64,000 bases of DNA, from assembly GCA_965248195.1 (NCBI GenBank), contig CBDFIQ010000002.1, positions 576,001-640,000 on the forward strand, read 5' to 3'. The notes below the pieces were generated by a model, which did not search any database, had not been told where the DNA came from, and saw only the letters and a list, made by a program, of their open reading frames with translations. Source of the stretch: Longimicrobiales bacterium. GTDB lineage: Bacteria; Gemmatimonadota; Gemmatimonadetes; Longimicrobiales; Gaopeijiaceae. Below are positions 57,563 through 64,000 of this stretch, in pieces (within the stretch, counting starts at the first letter, position 1; each line of letters begins with the position of its first letter). The translations under genes were made by a program, and so were the position numbers.

Positions 57563-58816
57563 CTATTCGGGCGGCGTGTGAAGGTAGACCTCGTTCAGGG
57601 TGGTCACCCCTTCACGTGCCACACCCAGGGCCATCGAGCGCAGGGTGGTCATGCCCTCCAGTACCGCTTCCGCCTGAAGCTCGCTTTCCGAGGCTTTTTC
57701 GATCACCAGTTGCTGTAGATGGTCGGAGAACGGCATCGACTCACACACGAGAATTCTCTCGTCCGTGTATCCGAGACCATGACAGGCGTCGCCCCCGACG
57801 GCCCGATGGGAAGCGAAGGGTTCGGGCGTGCTCAGGCCGGTTTGCTCGTCGGGCGAGGGCGTCCCCAGAACCACGGCGTGCTCTCGGCACTCGACGCACA
57901 GACGCCGTAGGAGCCGCTGCGCCTGAATCAGCGCGATGCCGCTCCCCACGAGCCACGGCTCGATCCCCAGATTCACGAAATGTGTTACGGCCGCCGCGGC
58001 ACTGGAGCTATGGAGGGAGGTGATCACGAGCTTTTGATGCTCGATCGCCGCGCTCAGCGCCAGCGTGGCGGATTCAACGCCGGAAAGGTCTTGCACATAG
58101 ACGACATCGGTATCTGTCCTCATGAGGGCCCGCAGCATCGTGTTTTTTTCGTCCACGTCCACAGCCTCCATCCGGTGCACGCCGGGGATCTGCCCTTGAG
58201 CGACCCTTTCGATCGTCGCCACGCTGCGAGCGCTACGGTCGATCCGAAGCAGCGAAGCGTAGGCGGTGGTGTCCAGGCCGCTGCCGGCGGGTCCGCACAA
58301 TACGATGAGTCCGGACCTCCGTTTGAGGGCGGACTTCAACGTGGTCAGCTGATCGTGCACCAGGCCTATCTCGTCGAGACGCCGGGGGTCCATGTGGGTC
58401 TCTCGGAGCACCTGAAGTATGGCCTTTTCGCCCGTGATGCTTGGCAACATCTGGGTGGCGAACCGATGCGTCTTACCCCCGTTCTGGAATTCGATGACGC
58501 CCCACTCCGGACCGAGGGGTGGCACCACGCTGAGGCCCGCCAACGTCCGAAGCCGCGTCATGACCGCTGAAATGTCGCGAGGCTCCCTCGCGAACTCCCG
58601 ATACTCACGCCCGACCCGATATCGCACGGCTACATCGTCATCCACCGGTTCGATATGGATGTGGGAGGCGCACTGCGTGATCGCCCCCTGCAGCGCCGAC
58701 TCGAGAAACGCGACTTCAGGGGCTTCGTCTGCGGGAATGTGTTCCATGCTCAATCCTGTGGCATGGCGGCCCGGTTGTGCAATGGTTCTGGTTTCCACTG
58801 GAGGTTTGGGCCGCAT
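57563..58816 (-). CDS. GspE/PilB-family secretion ATPase homolog with degenerate catalytic motifs
   Basis: ASHIHIEP...VRYRV, GEK, QRLLRRLC..C and GMTTLR...G.TTL.EV motifs; Walker A reads GPAGSGLDTT. Start may be 58747. Confidence 0.8.
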   Translation of the reverse strand: MRPKPPVETRTIAQPGRHATGLSMEHIPADEAPEVAFLESALQGAITQCASHIHIEPVDDDVAVRYRVGREYREFAREPRDISAVMTRLRTLAGLSVVPPLGPEWGVIEFQNGGKTHRFATQMLPSITGEKAILQVLRETHMDPRRLDEIGLVHDQLTTLKSALKRRSGLIVLCGPAGSGLDTTAYASLLRIDRSARSVATIERVAQGQIPGVHRMEAVDVDEKNTMLRALMRTDTDVVYVQDLSGVESATLALSAAIEHQKLVITSLHSSSAAAAVTHFVNLGIEPWLVGSGIALIQAQRLLRRLCVECREHAVVLGTPSPDEQTGLSTPEPFASHRAVGGDACHGLGYTDERILVCESMPFSDHLQQLVIEKASESELQAEAVLEGMTTLRSMALGVAREGVTTLNEVYLHTPPE

Positions 58817-59017
58817 GTTCTCTGCGTCCGCCCGTCCTCAATGGGCCACTCGGAGCCCAAGGAGATCTGAAATGACCCCGTCGTCCATGGTCCCCCGGTA
58901 CGCCAGGCGGCCGATCTGCCGTCGATCGCCGAGAAGACGGAGGGGACGGAAAAACTCATGGGTTTCTTCCTTTGTATTGGGATGAGGAGGAGGGTTGAAA
59001 ACACCCCGGAAAACCTG

Positions 59018-59046
59018 TTGACGCGACCAACCTCGAACGCTACGAT
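59018..59046 (+). promoter_or_regulatory. Putative sigma70 promoter of the susC/susD operon
   Basis: TTGACG-17 nt-TACGAT, about 195 nt upstream of ATG 59241. Confidence 0.65.
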
Positions 59047-59240
59047 CAGCTTTGAGCCATCAGCTTCGATTGCGAGGTTTCTTGGAGAGCTCGTACTTCG
59101 AGGTTGGTATCGAGAAGCTCGGCCCCAGTGGGGTCGCGTGGTTTTGTCGCATATAGTGGTTTTGTCCTAATAGGCGATCGGCACGTTGGGGCCCACTCCC
59201 GGGCCCTGTGCGGTGTGTAGTTCAACCAAAAGGGGGAGCT

Positions 59241-62200
59241 ATGAAAACAGGATTCCGTTCCAGAGTACTGGGCGGGTTCGGTGCCTTGGTGATGGCTCTG
59301 TTAGTAGTAGCGCCGAGTATCGGCGCGCAGCAGGGCGGTACCGTCACTGGTCGGGTGCTGGATTCGCAGACCGGGGCGCCGTTAGCGGCAGTCCAGGTCT
59401 TTATCTCCGCACTGGACTTGGGCGGCCTGACGCAACAGAACGGCCGCTATCTACTGCAAAACGTGCCTGCGGGCACCCACACGCTGAGCGTGGCCCGCAT
59501 CGGGTACCGGACAGCAGAGGCACAGGTCTCGGTCGGTGGCGGTCAAACCGTCGAGCAGAATTTCGCCATCGCCGAAGAAGCCCTGGCGCTCGATGAGATC
59601 ATCGTCACCGGAACTCCGGGAGGTACGCAGAGGCGGGCCATCGGGAACGCCGTGACCCGGCTGGACGCGTCGGCTGTTACCGACCGGATGGCGATCACCG
59701 GCATACAGGACCTGCTGACCGCCCGAGCCCCCGGCCTCCAGTACAACAGGCTGAGCGGCAACGTCGGCACGGGCGGGGGGATTCGGATCCGTGGTGTCTC
59801 GAGCCTCGAGCTCGGGGCGCAACCCCTCATCTACGTGGACGGCATTCGGGTCAACAACTCGAATGCGATCGGGCCCGACATTGGCCGGGACCGGCAGAGC
59901 AGCGCCTTGAACGACTTCAGCCCCGACGAAATCGAGAGCATCGAGATCATCAAGGGACCGGCGGCGGCGACGCTGTACGGCACCGAGGCCTCGGCGGGTG
60001 TGATCCAGATCATCACGAAGAGGGGTGAGGTGGGCGCCCCCGTGTTCAACCTCTCGGTGCGGCAGGGAACCAATTTCATGGTGGACCCGGCCGGTAAGCT
60101 GGGCACCAGGTATGGATGCATCACGACGTTCGCCCCGCCCTGTCCTGCAGCGGACGTCGTCAGCTACAACCCTTACGACGAAGCGAACGCCTGGCGGGCA
60201 AGGGAAGGCCTACCTGGAGATCTCTACCAGAACGGTCTCTCCTCCAATTACAACCTCTCCGTGCGGGGCGGCACCGAGGCGGTTCGCTACTTCGTGTCGG
60301 CTGACTATACCGACGACAACGGGATCGTCGACTACAACTTCAAAGAGCAGACCAACGTGAGGGCCAACCTTAGCCTGATCCTGGCTCCGACCCTGAACGC
60401 TGACATCTCGACGGGCTTTGTCTCGGGCACGATCAGGTATGCCGCGCCGGTCATATCAGACGGTGGAACCTGGCAGGATATGCAGTGGGGTAACGGCTTC
60501 TGCCTGTTGAGCACTCAGCAGACCCGCTTCGACCGGGGGATCAATCCGGTAGGAGAATCGGTTCCCATGTTCCCGGACCCGAACTGCGGTCTCGCGGGCT
60601 TTCAGGAGCACCTCCCCACGGACGTCGAGGAGGTCAATGCCTTCCGATACTACGATCGCTTCACCGGGAGCGCCACGCTGACCCACACGATAGGTGACAA
60701 CTTCACCCAGCGCCTCGTAGGCGGGGTCGACAAGGGTTGGGACACCAACAGCTACTTCATCCCGCTGGATGAAGACGGGATTTACACGGAGAACGTGTTG
60801 GGTGAAGTGAGGTTGGGCACGCCCGAAACGACGGTCCTCTCCGTCGACTGGTCCGGTACCTACCGATACGACGTGAACGACAACTTCAGGGTCACGTCGT
60901 CGGTCGGAACACAGTACTACTCCAGACTTTTCGAACAACAAGAGGTGATCGGAAAGGGATTCGCCTCGCCTGAGCAGAAGACGGTCAACCAGACCGCGAG
61001 AGACCAGCTCGAGGTTACCTATCTATTTAGAGAGAACAAGTCGCTCGGCGTCTTCGTGCAGGAGGAGATCGGCTACCAGGACCGGATCTTCTTGACGGGG
61101 GCCGTCCGCGCGGACGACAACTCCGCGTTCGGCTCCGACTTCGATCTGATCTACTACCCCAAGTTGTCGGGTACGTGGGTCCTCTCGGAGGAGGAAATGT
61201 GGAACATCGACTTCATAAACTCGTTCCGGATTCGCGGCGCGTGGGGCAAGGCCGGGCGCCAGCCCGATGTGCTCGCCCGGGCGACCCTCTACGCAGCATT
61301 TCCGGGACCGGGGGGAGCCCCCGCGTTGAGGCCGAGCCGGCCCGGTAACACGGCGGTCGGTCCGGAACAGAGCACCGAGCTCGAGATTGGCGCCGACTTC
61401 GCACTCATGGACGACCGCGTCTCCGGCGAGTTCACCTGGTACAACCAAAAAACAACGGACGCGCTCCTGGATCTGGATCAGGTGCCGAGTTTTGGATTTC
61501 CGGGGGACTTTCAAGGGAACATCGGCCGGATCGACAACTGGGGCTGGGAAGCGATCCTGAACACGCGGATCGTACAGACGCAGGATGTCGGGTTCGACAT
61601 CACCTTTTCGGCGGACCACACCGATAACCTGATCGTCGACCTCGCCGGCGTCGATGCGGGTAACAATTCCCAAGTCGGGCATCCCTTCCCGAACGAAGTT
61701 GACCGCATCCTCCGCAGCGTGGCCGGTCTCGATCCGGTTACGCAGGAACCGATCGACGCGATGTGCGACCCGGGTATCCCCCGGGAGGGCACGAACCCGG
61801 CCACGGGCGAGGCGTGGGCGGACTCAAACGTCCAGGGGGGCGTGCCAGTCGCCTGCGGTGGTATAAGGAGTGCGCAGTTGCTGATCGGGCCGGCGTTTGC
61901 CACATACACGTTCAGCGTGGCGCCCACGCTTTCGCTGCTCGGCAACACTCTCCAGATCTTCGCTATGGCGGAGGGCCAGTACGGCAAGACTGGCGACGAG
62001 GGCGACGTGGAATGGGGGATCGACTACAACAACAGCCTGCAGTCCCAGTTGAGGACGGATCCCCTCTTCGTGGCCTCGGAATCCGCTTTCATCGGAGACG
62101 ACACGCAACACGCTCACTTCGACGCGTCCTTCTGGAAGCTGCGGGAGATCGGAGCCCGGTATCAACTGCCGCAGTCCTTGACCTCGACGTTGGGGGTGGA

Positions 62201-62420
62201 TCGAGCCTCCTTCTCGCTGTCGGGGCGGAATCTAGTGACGATTTGGCAAAGGCAGAAGAGACTCGGCGCCTTCGGAGATGACGAAGGCCTCGTAATTCCG
62301 GATCCCGAGCACGGGGGAACGCAGGACGACTCCGGCAACAACGCCGGCGGCGGTAATAACACGCTCTGGGGGCTACCCGGCATCGCGAGCGTGCATGCTA
62401 CGCTGCGGGTCACCTTCTGA
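59241..62420 (+). CDS. SusC/RagA-family TonB-dependent outer-membrane transporter
   Basis: GGGAG RBS; signal peptide; carboxypeptidase-regulatory-like N-domain; plug motifs (IRIRG..S, PLIYVDG, IESIEIIKGPAAATLYG..AS.GVIQIITK); C-terminal F. Confidence 0.93.
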   Translation: MKTGFRSRVLGGFGALVMALLVVAPSIGAQQGGTVTGRVLDSQTGAPLAAVQVFISALDLGGLTQQNGRYLLQNVPAGTHTLSVARIGYRTAEAQVSVGGGQTVEQNFAIAEEALALDEIIVTGTPGGTQRRAIGNAVTRLDASAVTDRMAITGIQDLLTARAPGLQYNRLSGNVGTGGGIRIRGVSSLELGAQPLIYVDGIRVNNSNAIGPDIGRDRQSSALNDFSPDEIESIEIIKGPAAATLYGTEASAGVIQIITKRGEVGAPVFNLSVRQGTNFMVDPAGKLGTRYGCITTFAPPCPAADVVSYNPYDEANAWRAREGLPGDLYQNGLSSNYNLSVRGGTEAVRYFVSADYTDDNGIVDYNFKEQTNVRANLSLILAPTLNADISTGFVSGTIRYAAPVISDGGTWQDMQWGNGFCLLSTQQTRFDRGINPVGESVPMFPDPNCGLAGFQEHLPTDVEEVNAFRYYDRFTGSATLTHTIGDNFTQRLVGGVDKGWDTNSYFIPLDEDGIYTENVLGEVRLGTPETTVLSVDWSGTYRYDVNDNFRVTSSVGTQYYSRLFEQQEVIGKGFASPEQKTVNQTARDQLEVTYLFRENKSLGVFVQEEIGYQDRIFLTGAVRADDNSAFGSDFDLIYYPKLSGTWVLSEEEMWNIDFINSFRIRGAWGKAGRQPDVLARATLYAAFPGPGGAPALRPSRPGNTAVGPEQSTELEIGADFALMDDRVSGEFTWYNQKTTDALLDLDQVPSFGFPGDFQGNIGRIDNWGWEAILNTRIVQTQDVGFDITFSADHTDNLIVDLAGVDAGNNSQVGHPFPNEVDRILRSVAGLDPVTQEPIDAMCDPGIPREGTNPATGEAWADSNVQGGVPVACGGIRSAQLLIGPAFATYTFSVAPTLSLLGNTLQIFAMAEGQYGKTGDEGDVEWGIDYNNSLQSQLRTDPLFVASESAFIGDDTQHAHFDASFWKLREIGARYQLPQSLTSTLGVDRASFSLSGRNLVTIWQRQKRLGAFGDDEGLVIPDPEHGGTQDDSGNNAGGGNNTLWGLPGIASVHATLRVTF

Positions 62421-62448
62421 TCCCCGCGGCAAATCCGATCTGAGCGTT

Positions 62449-62518
62449 GAGAGAAACGGCCATAAGCGGCGGCGCGGGGCACGAAGAACCACCCGCGCCG
62501 CCGATCGGCCGCTCTCTC
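62449..62518 (+). other. Long intergenic stem-loop between susC and susD
   Basis: Perfect 12-bp core cggcggcgcggg/cccgcgccgccg extended by cggcc/ggccg and gagag/ctctc. Confidence 0.75.
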
Positions 62519-62557
62519 GACGAACCGACCATCGTATGTGAGAGAGGACGACATAAA

Positions 62558-64000
62558 ATGACGACACCACATAAGCTTAGGAGAGGGAGGACCGCTCTCG
62601 GACTCGCCTTCGCCTTTTTGTTCGGCGGCCTGATCGGCTGCGACAGCCTGTTGGAGGTGGACCTGCCCGACTCGGTCACCGATGCTGTGCTGCTGGATCC
62701 CAAAACGGCAGGGACTCAAGTGAACTCGGCTATGGGGCTGTTCGAGTGCGGGTTCTCGGACTTCACGTACGCCGAAGGGGGCTACTCGGACGCCTACATC
62801 GGGATCGCCGGTGTGGGCGGTAGTTATGCGCGTTACAATGAGCGTCCCCAGGACGGGGAGTGCGACACCGTCGTACAGAGCCGCAACTGGTACCAGCCCA
62901 TGCAGACCTCGCGCTCGATGGGGGAGAGCGTGTTCGCGCAGATGGACACGCTCTGGACGGACGCCGAGGTCGAGAACAGGCAACAGCTGATGGCCACGGT
63001 CGCCATTTACATCGCAGCGGTCTACGGCCATTTCGGGGAGCACCTCTGTGAGACCGCTATCGACGCAGGTCCCTTGTTGACGCCGGACGCGACGCTCGCG
63101 ATCGCCGAGCAGTGGGTCGACACCGCGCTGAGCATCATTGGGAACATCGGTGACTTCGCAATATTCAACGGCATCTCGACCAGCGCGACGACCATGGCGT
63201 ATGGGATCCGAGCCCACGCCCGCTGGGCCCGGGGGCCCGCGCAGTGGGCTGGTGCCCAGTCCGACGCGGAGCGGATTGCGCAGGGCTTTACGGCCTGGGT
63301 GAGCCGGGAGCCCGGGGAGTTTCGCAGGAACAAGCCTTACTCCCACTATATCCCGGCCTTCGGCTGGCTGCAGGGCCCCGTCGACTGGTGGCCGCCCGGC
63401 ACCAACCCGGTGACGGGTCAGGTCTGGCCCCAGCCGATTCCCTTCACGGGCTATCTGGACCTGGGTATCATGACCGCCACCGGACGGGCCATCTCCGCTC
63501 CCCCGCAGTACCCCATCCTGAATACTGATGCCGGGGCCGAGATGGACACTCGGATCACGCACGTGGTCAAGGGGGTTCAAGGGGGACTGGACGGCCCTAC
63601 TCCGCTCAAGTATCTGTCGGAGGCCGACGATATCCCCTTCATCAGTTGGGAGGACATGTTCCTCATCCGGGCCGAGATCGAGCTTGGGAACGGGAACGGG
63701 GCCAACGCAATCTCCCTGGTCAACAACATACGGGCTGCCGAAGGGTTGCCGCTTGTGACCTACCTGACCGGCGCCAGCGCCGTCACTGACATCGAGGACA
63801 TGATCATCGAGGAGCGTCGCCGGCAACTCTTCATGGAAGGCCGGTTCTGGTCGACGAAGATCCAGCACCTCGACAAGCTCTGGTTCCCTCGTAACGTCGG
63901 CATCAACCCTGGCAGCTACTCCATGGACGGTGCCATTCGCCTCGCCATGCCGGAGGACGAGTACATCCTCAATGAGAACTTCGGCGAAGACGACGCCGGC
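62558..64000 (+). CDS. SusD/RagB-family lipoprotein, 3'-truncated by window (not in ORF track)
   Basis: GAGG RBS; MTTPHKLRRGRTALGLAFAFLFGGLIG-C lipobox then DSLLEV; C-terminal SusD motifs (LIRAE, VN.IR, IIEERRRQLFMEGR). Confidence 0.9.
   Translation, partial: MTTPHKLRRGRTALGLAFAFLFGGLIGCDSLLEVDLPDSVTDAVLLDPKTAGTQVNSAMGLFECGFSDFTYAEGGYSDAYIGIAGVGGSYARYNERPQDGECDTVVQSRNWYQPMQTSRSMGESVFAQMDTLWTDAEVENRQQLMATVAIYIAAVYGHFGEHLCETAIDAGPLLTPDATLAIAEQWVDTALSIIGNIGDFAIFNGISTSATTMAYGIRAHARWARGPAQWAGAQSDAERIAQGFTAWVSREPGEFRRNKPYSHYIPAFGWLQGPVDWWPPGTNPVTGQVWPQPIPFTGYLDLGIMTATGRAISAPPQYPILNTDAGAEMDTRITHVVKGVQGGLDGPTPLKYLSEADDIPFISWEDMFLIRAEIELGNGNGANAISLVNNIRAAEGLPLVTYLTGASAVTDIEDMIIEERRRQLFMEGRFWSTKIQHLDKLWFPRNVGINPGSYSMDGAIRLAMPEDEYILNENFGEDDAG

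Noticed and set aside
58750..59004. 84-aa ORF as a frameshifted N-terminal domain of the PilB homolog
   Set aside because: No resemblance to MshEN or GspE N-terminal domains in the frames I read.
62162..63868. 568-aa minus-strand ORF
   Set aside because: Antisense to susC/susD; the real gene is the plus-strand SusD, which has no stop within the window.

Overview
A GC-rich bacterial chromosomal window from a diderm organism. The SusC/SusD pair, many lipoproteins and gene content resemble Gemmatimonadota, but the taxon is an inference. It is mostly periplasmic redox and catabolic genes: a PQQ dehydrogenase, a Tat-exported xanthine-dehydrogenase-family Mo enzyme, a GMC oxidoreductase pair, SoxCD, MsrPQ, MobA and exported aldolase/FAH/SDR/amidohydrolase proteins. 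It also holds housekeeping genes (cimA, ABC-F, PPIases, RsmF-like, NUDIX), a metal-uptake operon, a POT transporter, a SusC/SusD pair cut by the window end, an IS91/ISCR remnant and several decaying genes. I found no rRNA, tRNA or CRISPR array. Three signals stand out. (1) A compact cassette at 18.2-21.1 kb: a TPR protein converging on a 41-aa lipopeptide gene missing from the ORF track (19991-20116, strong RBS, lipobox, C-terminal Cys-x9-Cys), next to a double-HTH XRE regulator; this is a candidate peptide-signalling system. (2) A probably leaderless His/Cys-rich uORF ending in a RAPP ribosome-arrest motif ahead of an ATPase-less metal-uptake operon. (3) Two diverged copies of a two-gene module: a cytochrome c fused to a PHM-like copper monooxygenase plus a secreted partner. 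The window also has many short tandem duplications. All calls come from reading motifs by eye; no database searches were run.
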